DNA from: Massalongia carnosa
Lineage: Eukaryota
Direction: 5' to 3'
Assembly (NCBI GenBank): GCA_965645245.1
Contig: OZ287081.1
Location: forward strand, 434,001 to 498,000
Length of the DNA: 64,000 nt
Below the pieces are notes generated by a model that was not told where the DNA came from, did not search any database, and saw only the letters and a program-made list of their open reading frames with translations. Position numbers and translations under genes: made by a program. Positions 51,067-63,079 of the stretch are shown piece by piece. How positions within the stretch are numbered: position 1 is the first letter of the stretch; each line of letters starts with the position of its first letter.

Positions 51067-51986
51067 ATCCACAGTCCGTCCAAGCAACGTCCTGCGCTCA
51101 ATTTATTGAAGTCGCTCGAAGTCCTTTCGATAGCTGCTCTCGATCATTGCATGCTGTCCGGCCCAGGTCTTGAGCCGAGGTTCAACAGCAGCGCTTGACC
51201 AAATGTTACAGTGAAATTCCAGCACTCGTAAACAGGCGATGAATCAGACCAAGCACCCAGGACCATGATGACTGTTGTAAGAAGACATTCGACTGACGTA
51301 TTTTCCGTGCAAGCATCCTGAAACCTTTTTCTTTTCGTGGTACGGCAATCCTTAACGGGGTTTGCTCCGGTGAAAACGACTTTTCTGGTTAGTGACCAAC
51401 TAACTAGCTCAGAAATACTTACCGATAGGCGCAAAAATCACGAAAGGATTCCAATAGCCTCTGTCCAGAGCAAGATACAGAGTGGTTACCTATCTACCTG
51501 CCTCTTGATATCTCATTCTCGAGCCGAGGCCCTGATCATGAATAGACAGATGGTTTCTACGTCAACATATCTATGTACCAGTGTCTATATCTTCGAAACC
51601 GAGTTCAAACCCTCACAAACCAACCAAAGCGTTGAACATGAACGCAGATCAAACCTTAAGAGGAGTTCAATCAGACGCTAAAGACCCGTGGCGCGGCGTT
51701 GATTTGCAGATCCTACACCAACGAACTTACAACATGGTGTTGTCAAAGAACGCATTGATCCCGGTCATGAAGTACCATTGAAGTAACTTTCCGGTTTTTT
51801 TTTAAAAAGATTAAGAGTTATGACGCCTCGGATTTCTTCTTGATCTTTCCATACTTCATTCATTGACAGAAGTCGAGGCGGCCATCGATCCTATAATGTC
51901 ATTTAGAAACAGCTTGCCGTTCCTTGTCCCTCGTCTAATGTTGGGGTTTTGACGCCGTTTGCATTTTCTTTAGGAAACCTACCTCC

Positions 51987-54239
51987 ATGGCCACACAAAA
52001 CGCAACTTCGAAGGCGACAGCAGCCATCGAGTTTACGCGTCAAGCCGAAAAGCTATCCCTCCTCCCGCAGAGCTCGGACAATGAAGCCTTACTCGACACA
52101 ACGGCCGTCGAAGCCAAATTCATCACGCCTCAGGATCCTATCATAGTGACAGCAAATGGAGAACGATTACCAGCAGTACCGTACATTGAAGCAGTCAAAC
52201 TCAATCAGCTCAAGGAGAAGCTTCAAAGAGAATTGTATGGAGAATTCTCGAGGGAAATCCCAGAAAAGGGAGATTACAAAAATTCTGTTGAGGTTATCGA
52301 GGTGCCAAAAGGGCATACCCTGGACACCCAACCGGACTCAAATTCTCGGCAATCCAGCATTTCCGAAGGAACCCTTGGGAATGCTTTTCCGCCACAGCGA
52401 ACTCACCCGCTCTTCCCTCAACTGCCTCTCTACGGCCCACCTTCAATTCTTCGCAACCTTCAATGTCTTAGCTTCCGGATCTCCTCGTTCTTTTTGTCCC
52501 TCTCATTTCTCGGAACAATTGTGCTTGGATCGGCCTTCACGTCAATTCCCTTGATTCTGAGGCACGTTTTCTTACGACTAACCCTTAGAGATCCGCAGGC
52601 AAGGCGGCCTTTTTACGAAGAAGAAAAGAGAAGAAAACAGACAAGAAAAGATGCAGCTCGGGAATGGAAGCGTCAAAGGCGGCGGAAAATAGATCATTCT
52701 CAGACAGCAGATAGTATCGAAGAGAAAGGGATCCCAACTGATGAATATGAGCCTACCGAGGGCGGAAAAGATCCGCTTGTATGTGATGCTGGATACTACG
52801 CGCGAAGAGTTGGTTTGGACATAGAGGAATACAGAGTGTTAACAGAGGATGGTTTCATTATTACCTTGTGGCATGTTTATAATCCACATGAATACACACC
52901 GGCCCTTGCAGCACATCGCGAAATCAAAGCACCTGAGGTCTTCTTAGCTGATTGTAGGGATAAGGCCCACTCAACCGCTGCACTAGAAGGCCAATCCGGT
53001 GGTACGAAGAGAAAATATCCCGTCCTCCTCCTTCATGGACTTCTACAAAGTTCCGGCGCATATTGCACGAATGATGACGATAGTTTGGCATTCTTTTTAT
53101 GCAAGAGGTGAATTGATCAAAGAAAACAGGTGGACGAGTACTAACTATCATTAATAGCGGTTTTGATGTCTGGCTTGGTAATAACAGGTGTGGTTTTAAC
53201 CCTGAACATCAGATGCTGTACTATGGCGATCCAAGGTACGTATAGCTCAAGTGCAGGATCGTAAGGTACCATTGACAAAGTATGACCTAACAGAATGTGG
53301 AACTGGAACATCCGTCAAATGGGCGTGATGGACCTTCCTGCATTGGTCGCACGCGTGCTGACCGAAACCGGGTTTGAAAAACTTGGCCTGATCTGCCATT
53401 CGCAAGGTACAACCGAAACATTTGTTGCTTTGGCTAAAGAGCAGAGACCCGATTTAGGCAAAAGTATTAGCGTTTTCTGCGCGCTTGCGCCTGCGGTTTA
53501 CGCTGGCCCTTTGATTGGGAAGGCATACCTTAAGTTCATGCGGGTGATATCGCCTGGGATGTTCCGCATCGTCTTTGGTATTCATGCTTTCATTCCTTTA
53601 ATGATGAGCATGCATTCCCTATTGCCAGGGTGGCTTTATGGCGCCCTTGGCTATCGAGTCTTTTCTTTCCTATTCAACTGGACCGACGATCGCTGGGATC
53701 AGGGTCTCCGGGACAGGATGTTTCAATTTGCCCCTGTGTATGTCAGCGCGGAAAGTATGCGCTGGTGGCTTGGCCGTGAGTGTTTTGCTAAACATAAGTG
53801 TATACTTGCTACGAAAGACGAAGGCAAGCAAGAGGACGTCGAGGATGAAGAGGAAGATGGTGCCGTACAGAACGCACGCCAAGTGGCCCGCCAGCGAGAC
53901 GACTCTTCCGGCGATAACAATCGTCACTCAAGAGGGCACAACGCATGGTACGACGACCAAGTGCCCCCGTTTGCGTTGTGGGTCGCTGGCTCGGACGAAT
54001 TAGTGGACGGGCGACGACTGCTACGGCGGTTTGAAAAGGGACGAGAACCGCACGTGAGGGTCGTCTACTCGAAGATCATCGAGGAGTACGAGCACTTGGA
54101 CGTTCTCTGGGCGATGGACGCCGTTGACCAAGTGGCAAAGGAGGTGCGCGAGGTCGTGTGGAAAACGATCCCCGCTAGCGTCAGGGAGAGGTGTCGCACC
54201 CCCAAGGAATGCGAAAGCGTCGAGGTTTGGAACGGTTAG
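51987..54239 (+). CDS. Alpha/beta-hydrolase lipase / sterol esterase (Yeh1/Yeh2/Tgl1 family), 3 exons
   Basis: TEDGFII.L.H, PVLLLHGLLQSSG, GFDVWLGNNR, CHSQGT nucleophile elbow, D.LVDG and YEHLDVLWA. Confidence 0.92.
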
Positions 54240-54665
54240 ATACAGACGATCGCAACGGTAGAGGACTGGCGCTTCAGAGAGTTCGGGAAAGGGGTATAGG
54301 TATGTGGTTTTGGAGACTGTAAAAGGGGCTCGTTCTCGCATTTCCGGGTGGTGCGATATATACACGTTTATCTAGATATTGGACTGCACTGCACTGCACT
54401 GCTTGGCGCTTGTGGTTTCCCGCTGAGTTTTCAGGTATGCGTATGTAGAGACTGCCTATATATGAACCTGTTTCCCGTTCGTTCCGAAAGCTACCTGACA
54501 AGTCACTCAGTGAGTCTGGCCGGGAAGTGGATTAAGTGCATGATCCCTTCGCCGAGCATCCGATATTCACACCGCGATATGAGCGAAGTGTTTCCATAGC
54601 AGTTGTTGAGGAAAACAGCAACCGCACCATAAGTAGGCAGGAAAGTAGGTATTTCATCGAACGAT

Positions 54666-56808
54666 CTAACCACGCAAGATTCCCTCCCCTCTTAATTCCC
54701 CACCAACCCCCCGCTGAGCCTTCCTCTCCTCATTGCCTATCAAACTACCCGCGCTCGACCCGGTGCTATCCCTCTCGTTCGCAACGCCCTCCAGCACGCT
54801 CCCCTCGCGCCCAAGCATTTGGTGCTTGATGTTGACCTGGTGCGGAAAACGCAAAGGGGCGTCAACACGCAAGACCGATAGACGAAAGTAGATGAATGAA
54901 AGAAGGGAGGAAGCGATGGAGAGTTTACATACCTTGGGGCCCTTGAACCATTTGCGCGCGTCGACGATCCACCAGATCGTAACGCCTAGCATCAGCGCCC
55001 CGTACACGAGACAAGTCCAGTTCATCGTGGTGGCACTGTCGCAACCCCGTTAATGAGCACAACCTCTAATCTGAAAAAGTGGAGGGAATAGGTATGTAGA
55101 GCAAACGTACTCCAAGTCCCCCCGGGTAACGCTAGGCAGCATCAATATCGGTACCATCAAGGCAACAAAAGCGCAAGCCGCCATACCAATCGGGTAGCTG
55201 GCCTTACCCAAGTTCCATGGCCCGGGGCGGAACCGGTTGCCAACGAAGAAGACGCGAATGAAAATTGGGATGGTGAAGGCGACGAAGGCGCCAACGGCAG
55301 CGATGGAGAAGAGGGCACCTATAGCGATGGGGCCGCCAAAGATGAGCAGGACCATGAGGGTGCCGATGATGGTGTTGAGCCAGACTGCGTTGACGGGAGT
55401 TTGGGTATGGCGGTTTACACGCTTGATGATATGGGAGGCGGGGAAGCAGTCGTCGCGGGCGTAGGCATAGGTTACGCGGGAGGCTGCAACCTAGACCGAG
55501 ATATAAGTATTGCTCGAAAACTGGGTTCGCAGCGTAGGAGTACCATGCACCCCTGGCCCATGGAGAAGGCACACATAATGGTCAGAGCGAGGATGGCCAG
55601 TGCAACCTTCTGCGGCATCACTTGTAAGAGATATGAGGCCCATGGTTGCCTAAGATCCGAGTCGAGCACTGCCTTAATATCAATGACAGTGTACGCCACG
55701 ACCAACTGTAGAAACCAGCCGAAGAGACCCCCTATGCCGCTGGTGAGAACGATTGCTCGTGGCGATGCAACGTTCGCGTTGGAACATTCCTCGCTCAGGT
55801 GAAATGGCGCATCGTACCCGCTAGCTATGATGTTAGCAAGATCCTGCTCGGCCGGGGTCATGGCAAACCTCATCGTCCAGATGACTGCAACAAAGGTCAT
55901 AAGCAGAGCAAGACCATTAGGAAAATCCGTTCCCGGATAAAAGGTTCCCCATACGACGCTTGAGGGGGTAAATTTCGGGAGGCCTTGGTTTTCTCGATTG
56001 GTGGAGGCCGGGATGAGGATGATGACAACGAGCAAGGCGATGATGTTAAGGGTGGACCCCACAGAGTTGAAATTTGCAATCCATTTTGTTGGCATGCTGC
56101 TAATGCATCCATGGATGAGTAGGATCATTACGGTGAGGAGAAATATTTGATAGTTCTGAGGAACGTATCCAGGGTTCCCGATTGCTCTAGCAGCGAGTAT
56201 CATCGCTGCCATTGCATAGTCAACGGAGGGGGCGCCGGTAACCTGGGCAAGCCAATTTGACCACCCGGTCAGCCATGATGCCAAAGGCCCATAGCCTGGT
56301 GGAGCAAGGACCTTTCGAACCCCAATTAGTTCGTCGTCAACCGCGCGAAGTGTAATACGACTTACAGCAGCAGCATAGTATAACCCCCCGCTCGTCGGCA
56401 TTGATGAACACAGTTCCGCCATGCTCATGGCGACGCATTGGATGAAAGCCATCGCGATCAGCCATCCCCACACCATGCCCGGCGTGCCAGCATAGCCCAT
56501 TCCCTTTGCCAGCCATGTCAGGCTTGCGATTATCCATTATCGCTGCAGTCTGAACCACTTACATAGTAGAGAGTTGCAGCGAAGCTCGGAAGTAGCCCCA
56601 AGACCGCGAAGCTGACGCAAAAAGTCGTCCAGAGGCTAAACTCTCTCTTAAACTCGGGTTTGTACCCCAAGGCAGCGAGAATTTCCTCGTCTGCGTCGAG
56701 CTCGCGGTCATAGACAGGAATCGCTCCACCTTCTAACACCGAAGTGACCTGCTCCTGGGCGACCGACTTCTTCCGTCCTGCCGCCCGAAATTCAACCTCT
56801 CCAGTCAT
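54666..56808 (-). CDS. APC-superfamily amino acid/GABA/polyamine permease (Uga4/Hnm1-like), multi-exon
   Basis: LGYKPEFKREFS, MAELCSSMPTSGGLYY, GYDAPFHLSEE, SRVTYAYARD, TPVNAVW, MNWT and ARKWFKGP. Confidence 0.92.
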
Positions 56809-57086
56809 CTTCTGCAGAGAACGGAACCGATGTTAGGGCCGGCTTGGAACGAGACACCTAGGTTTGAATGCGACGGTTTTTCTAGGGAAAACTCAGTTCG
56901 GGTTGATGGGAATTTGGGTGGAAACTCGTAATTACCCCCTCCATTCAGTCGTACAGATGAGACGGTGCAATGCTACTTGGGATCTGCAGCTTACAGGAAG
57001 AGGATTGTGTAACATCCTTTTCCTTACCTCTACCGGCGAGGCCATGCATGGTCAGAGTGGGCATCTGATGCGAAAGATTTCGATTA

Positions 57087-59639
57087 ATCGTCGGCTCGTT
57101 TAGCTCCGTTGGATCCGACTAAAAGGCGTTCGCCTTTTAGTCGGGAAAAGCGAAGCATCCCGGCAAGCGATGCATCCTGCCAAAATCAGAAAATTTTCAA
57201 CTTTTCCAACTTTTCTTAGCAACCACCTTGATTTATTGATTCTAAATTTCGAAAATTGATACGTATAGCCCTTGCAGCATTTATTCGGTAAAATAACTTC
57301 TCAATTACCTCGTTTGCAGCACTGTATCGCCTCCGTCGCATTTCCAGCATTTAACCTTCGTCGCATTTTCAGTCTGCCAAACCAACCATGGATCGTTCCA
57401 ACGCCGCCCCCCTCACCCCCCTCACCTCATTGGAAGAGGCGAAGCAATTTTTGGAGGAACATCCATCCGAAAGCAAGACCACGGCAGCGATAATTTTTGG
57501 CCTCAATGTCAAAACATTGACGGCCTCTATTCGACGGAATTCTAGAACGAAAAAGGGAGGACAAAATCGAATGATGAAGGATCATGAAATAAGAGCTTTT
57601 GATCAATTTATTCGATCTTTATTGGCACATGGAATTCCGCCTACACATCAGCTTGTTTTCAATGCAATTGGAAGTCTGAAGAGAGCTCATGATCCTGCCT
57701 TCGTAGGTCCATCTCAAAGATGGTTTCGGAGTTGGTGGAAAAGTAGCGGTCTTCATAAAATAAAGACAAAACCATTGCCAATGACACGTTTTGAAGCAGC
57801 CCACGAATCAGGTTTGATGCAATGGTTTGAAAATTATAAGCTTGTTTTAGAAGAATTGGAAATTCGTCATCGACGAAACATTCTGAATTTCGATGAGGCG
57901 GGGTTTCGTATCGGCTGCATGAAGGGGCAGGAAGTTCTGCTTCCCCCAGATATCAGACAATTTTACGCTGTTAGCCCGGAAAACCGCAGATCTGCGACCA
58001 TCATGGAGACAATAAATGCCGCCGGCGATTTCCCCCCCCCTCCCATGATTATCATACAAGGGCATGACATCATGGCTACCTGGTTTTCAGAAGATTTGCC
58101 GCAGGGCACACGTATCGTACCTTCGAACAGTGGTTTTACATCTGATAAGATAGGGATTGAATATCTGCAGCATCTCATCAAGCACACAGATTGCGGACCT
58201 GATGCGGATTGGAAATTGCTGCTGATGGATAATCATGGCAGTCATATAACTCCTGAATTTGTCAAATTGGCTAATGAGAATCGGATTCGTCCCTTTCCAT
58301 TTATTCCGCATTTGACTCATTGCATGCAACCATTGGATGTAGGCGTATTTCAGCCTTATAAACATTGGCATGACAAAGCTATTTCGGAATTTGTTGCGAA
58401 GTCATTTATTGATTATTCTTTGACTCAATTTCTGCAAGATCTCGGCAAAATCAGAAATCAGACATTCAAGCTTTCTACAATTCGACATGCTTTTGAAAAG
58501 TCGGGAATGTGGCCTATTAATCCGAAGCAATGCGTCAAACTTTTGAAAGTTTTCAATCCTGACTCTGATCTAGTCGAGACTGATCCTAAGTTGCCACTGC
58601 TACCTCGTCGAACTCATCCTCAGGAAATAGCTGATATAGAGTATGGTTTTCAGGAATGGGGTCCTAAAATTCAGAAATTCATGCAATGGAGCGATCCTGT
58701 CCGTGCTGAGGAATTTAATTCCTTCGTCACCAACACTAGCGAAGTCGTTTCGAAATCGATTCTCAAAGAGGCAGAACTGACAATGTGGCAAAGGACAAGA
58801 ATGCAACAGTTGCATGGTCGGAAACTATCTCGCAAGCGATTGAAGCCCGAAACAGGAAAATTGGGACTTACAAAGGAAGATGCGGATGAAGCTATAGCCA
58901 TAAAAACTCGACAGGAAGAGGAGGCTGAGAAGAAACGGGCGGACAATAACTTCATGAGATTATGGCGAGGTGAAAGAGACGACATTCATGTCAAGGGGGT
59001 TGCTGCTCGAAAGGCAGAAAGAGATCGCGTCAAAAGACTGAAAGAAATGCAGAAAGGATTCGGTGCCATTCCAGCTGAGATGTATGAGGCAATTCCTGAC
59101 CCCGAGGCATTATGGAAGGCGACGAATCATGTGTGGATAGCTGAGGAGGCGAAAAAGGAAGCCAGGAAGAATCCACGTGCCAGTGCCAATGCCAACTATG
59201 AAGAAGACGTCACGTTTATTGTAGATGAGGCTGGGACTAGAAATGAAGATATTCCGGACATTCCAGAAGAAGAAGCATGGCTGCGTGATGATTTCGTATC
59301 TTTCGATCTAGGTTTCGAACCGGGAGATGCTTGGGATGGGGAAGATGCGGGGTATGCGGAGTATGCGGAAGATCAGAATGATCAGAATAGTCAGGGGGAT
59401 CAGGGGGGTCAGGGGGGTCAGGGGGATGATTTTAATCACGGCTTTGATGCTGACGATGCCTTTCGAGCTTTTCATGAAATTTAGAATCAATAAATCAAGG
59501 TGGTTGCTGAGAAAAGTTGAAAAAGTTGAAATTTTTCTGATTTTGGCAGGATGCATCGCTTGCCGGGATGCTTCGCTTTCCCCGACTAAAAGGCGAACGC
59601 CTTTTAGTCGGATCCAACGGAGCTGAACGAGCCGACGAT
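57087..59639 (+). mobile_element. Intact pogo/Fot1-family DNA transposon
   Basis: 164-bp TIRs (57087-57250 / 59476-59639, about 5 mismatches) starting ATCGTCGGCT. TA TSD at 57085-86 and 59640-41. Confidence 0.95.
57388..59484 (+). CDS. pogo/Fot1 transposase (DD35D), 698 aa, uninterrupted
   Basis: N-terminal HTH region, NFDEAGF, LLLMDNHGSH and MQPLDVGVF, with 35 residues between the second and third D. Confidence 0.95.
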   Translation: MDRSNAAPLTPLTSLEEAKQFLEEHPSESKTTAAIIFGLNVKTLTASIRRNSRTKKGGQNRMMKDHEIRAFDQFIRSLLAHGIPPTHQLVFNAIGSLKRAHDPAFVGPSQRWFRSWWKSSGLHKIKTKPLPMTRFEAAHESGLMQWFENYKLVLEELEIRHRRNILNFDEAGFRIGCMKGQEVLLPPDIRQFYAVSPENRRSATIMETINAAGDFPPPPMIIIQGHDIMATWFSEDLPQGTRIVPSNSGFTSDKIGIEYLQHLIKHTDCGPDADWKLLLMDNHGSHITPEFVKLANENRIRPFPFIPHLTHCMQPLDVGVFQPYKHWHDKAISEFVAKSFIDYSLTQFLQDLGKIRNQTFKLSTIRHAFEKSGMWPINPKQCVKLLKVFNPDSDLVETDPKLPLLPRRTHPQEIADIEYGFQEWGPKIQKFMQWSDPVRAEEFNSFVTNTSEVVSKSILKEAELTMWQRTRMQQLHGRKLSRKRLKPETGKLGLTKEDADEAIAIKTRQEEEAEKKRADNNFMRLWRGERDDIHVKGVAARKAERDRVKRLKEMQKGFGAIPAEMYEAIPDPEALWKATNHVWIAEEAKKEARKNPRASANANYEEDVTFIVDEAGTRNEDIPDIPEEEAWLRDDFVSFDLGFEPGDAWDGEDAGYAEYAEDQNDQNSQGDQGGQGGQGDDFNHGFDADDAFRAFHEI

Positions 59640-60764
59640 TATGAGGTATGTTGGCGGTGGTATCAGGCCGAAAATCGTTATCGATCGCTCCATGCAGCCT
59701 TCCTTTCGTTGCCATTGGCTTTCGCAGAACGCAATCCCTTAAGTAGAGTTTGAACGGGGAGTGCTAGCGTTCGAGGAAGAAACGGGAAGGAGAACAGAAG
59801 ATTCAGGTCATGACTATCCTATCAGAGCATAAGATCTAGAGACTGCCGAATCCAATCGAATGTAGCTAGCGACTTCTAGTTGGCTACGTTACCTGTTACC
59901 TATTACGGTTCGTCCGCTATCTACAGAGCAACTTAGTTAATATTTATCTCTCGAAGCTAGCAAGCCCCGATGCCATGACTGTTCTTTTCACAGTCGGGCA
60001 AGCTTCCATAAAAGGCGCTTGACAGAATCCTCCATCCGCTAGCTCAAGCTCTTCGACAGTAAAGTGGTGTGGCTTGCCGACGAACTTCTAGCGCTAAGTT
60101 CGTATTTATTGTTCTAGGGAGGTACTCTTCATAACACAACGCCGACATATTTCTCATTTCTTTCCCTCTACTCTCGGGTATTCTAATATGTTCCTCCTAG
60201 TCCCCTACTTTCCGTCTTTCATCCATGACTTAGCCCCTAAATCTTGCTGTCTGATCAGTTTGACAACCAGGTTCCGTCTCAAAAATGCATATTTATATGA
60301 TGAATCGAAGTGGGTGGCATACTTGCGCTAAGCTCTGTCTAAAGACGCTTGAGCTAGCCAAGCGGGAATCGCTATGAATGTCTTTCTTTCTTTATATCGC
60401 CCCCTTTTGATCACCCTTTTACTACAGAAAGTCTTCTCCGTCGACAAGCTTCCTAGTTAACCACCTTCTTGCACGTCCACTATATCCAGTTTAGAGTTAA
60501 ATAATCGAGTCACCTTCACAAATTTCTCCAACAATTTCCCAATCCTCGTTGTTCGTTGCTTCTTCAATCCCTCACTTTAGCTCTCGGAATCGCTGCCAAG
60601 TTCTCGCAATAACCTAAAATTGAGGTGTCATAGTGGGTGAGAAATCGAGTTTTTTAACGCTCGTCTGCTCTCCATGGTTGTAAGGCTACATCTTTCGCGC
60701 TTTGAAGAACATGAAATTTCTAAAATTTCTACTTTTAAAATTTCTCTTAAACTATCACCCATCC

Positions 60765-61193
60765 GGCTTACCGGGCGTTATGACCCCGGCCGGCCTGCTC
60801 GTGCGGATGGCAGAAGCAGACAGCCAAACACATTATTCTACATTGCAGGCTAATCGACGGCAGATACGAAGTGCTAAAACAAATAGGCACCAACGACTAT
60901 CGAACGATCATGAGCTCGTCGAAAATGTTGAAAAAACTAACCACATGGATAATAAAAGCAAATTTGCTGACCCAATTTTCACTAGCATCGCAACTGTTAT
61001 ACGAGTGATAACTCTCATTTTGTCAAGGATTTCACAGAACATCGAGCGAAGAATGCAGTCCAGAAACGGAACACGTTTGAGATAATGGCGCAGTCTGCAT
61101 GGTTTTTATCCCTTTAAAAGGTTTTCCCTGTAAGAATAAGTAGATAGCCCGCATGGGCCGGCCTTCGGCCGGTGTCAGATCGGTACAAGAATC

Positions 61194-61265
<72 letters not shown>

Positions 61266-61266
61266 A
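60765..61266 (+). mobile_element. 5'-truncated Tad1-like LINE with long (CAT)n tail
   Basis: Encodes CSCGWQKQTAKHIILHC...LTTWIIKANLLTQFSLA. Same 3' UTR motif as the other copies and about 23 CAT units. 5' end approximate, no TSD found. Confidence 0.88.
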
Positions 61267-63079
61267 CTGAAGCAATAGTTATTTCACATGGAATTCCGAG
61301 CTAGAGGTTTCAGCAGCTTCCCTTGATGAATCTATCCAAGGTGGAGGCCAGATACCTAAGACTCAATGGGTAATAGAACTCACTCTATGAAACAGGCAGC
61401 CAGCTCTTAGATACAGATGTTCCCTCTAGCATGTGTAGTAGTCGCTACAAGTGCTTCTCCTACCGCTATTTTTGATGTTATTAATGTTTCTACCAGTAGT
61501 TCTGCAGCTGGAGAAAACCTTGTTAGCATGATCGTGCGAGCTTTTCGGATGGAGATCACTAGAAGACTTACTGCTACAGGTCAATCTTTTTACTCTAGCT
61601 CGACGATAATAATCGACGAGTGCAGGATTGATGGGCGTGGTAACTGGTCACCCATGTTTGATCTCTTGTACGAGCAGCTTCTTTATAACCCCCCTAGGCG
61701 AACAAACTCATCGAATAGAAGTATAATATCATCTAAGAAAGGAGATAGATGTTCACAGACACCGAATATGTTCAAGATCAAAACATAAGTGTGGTAGAAG
61801 ATGAGCTAGAGGAAGGTGGCCTTCCAATAGGTACGGAATTTCGATTTGTGTGGGCTTGGCGCCGCAAGCTTGCATCTATTAGGTGGTTTTAAAACGAGCT
61901 TCGTTCAGGGTTGGAGGTGATTGGCCGATTTAAGACGAGGTATGCGGAAAAACCACGGTTTCCGCCATGAATTGGAAACCGGGAACCCACGGAAGCTTTG
62001 AAAAGTGGCAACGGAAGGGCTGTGCTATGATGCTTTCAGGTGAACGAGCAGGCACTTTGGTCGCACTAGAAGCATGATGACTTTATTGGATACAGACATA
62101 GTGGATAACAGATGATAAGGATGGCGACATAACCACTTTTACACATTGAGAAGAGTATGTTGCGTCAGATATTACTAGGTGGGTGCTCTCTTAAAAAGAA
62201 GGAGAAGAAGATGGTTCCAAGCTTTTTAAGTACCCGTGGAAGCTAAATAGTTGACGCCGTGAATTCTCACAAGCCGAGAAGCTTCATCAAAGGTGAATGC
62301 GAATTTCCAGGCGGGCGGACACTGAGAGGAGGTGAATAAACCATTTCACAGTTGCGGACATCTCAATCACGCAATAGATGAGCAGTGAGAATATTTGAAT
62401 GATTGCAGAGGAAGGAGTGAAATCTGAGAGTCCATGTTGCGAGCATTGACTGTTATTACGGTGTCCATGTCCCGTGGTATTCTTGTGGGCTGTGCTTAAC
62501 GCTTGGCTCGTTGCATAAAGTATGTAATCTTGCTGCTTGCTTTCGTTGAGACAAAAGAACGCAGAGAGACTGGCTGACTCTCGTGTTTCTGGGCACGTCT
62601 ATCAGTCTTAGTGGATTTTGTCTCATTTCAAACCTGCAAAAATATCTGCTGTGGGAAAATAGGGGTTCTGCATCGCTCACTGAATTCACGTCAGTTTCCG
62701 GCTCTTTACTCTGTTTGCTCTTACATTCCAGTTACATTCTCCTCTAGACAGATACTATCAAGGTATTTGCTATAAAAGACTACTTAAATTAATGAGTTGG
62801 CTACCTTTTTTCTGTCAGATTTTGATACTCAAAAATCCTGGCACCGAGGACAAACTGAGTTTTTATGCAGAAAAGGGTAAAAGCAATAGATCAAATCCAA
62901 CTTTAGCTAGATTCTTTGCGTTTCCCTTGCAATTCTCGGGCTGAACAAGGGCGGCGAATGCGATTGCCCAAAAGGGGTTGGGAAAAAGACAGTATCGTTC
63001 ACTTCCGCGCTCTACAGCAGCGTAGCTTTCAGATCATGAGGCGCTCGCAAGGTTACTAAGATATCAAGAAGTCAATGAA

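Noticed and set aside
37282..56808. Functional or biosynthetic gene cluster
   Set aside because: No backbone enzyme or regulator; looks like an ordinary housekeeping neighbourhood.
59800..60700. Possible decayed Copia gag (partial knuckle CEKNSHGIGAC on minus strand)
   Set aside because: Too degraded to support a call.
61032..61265. Poly-Met ORF
   Set aside because: Antisense reading of the LINE (CAT)n tail.
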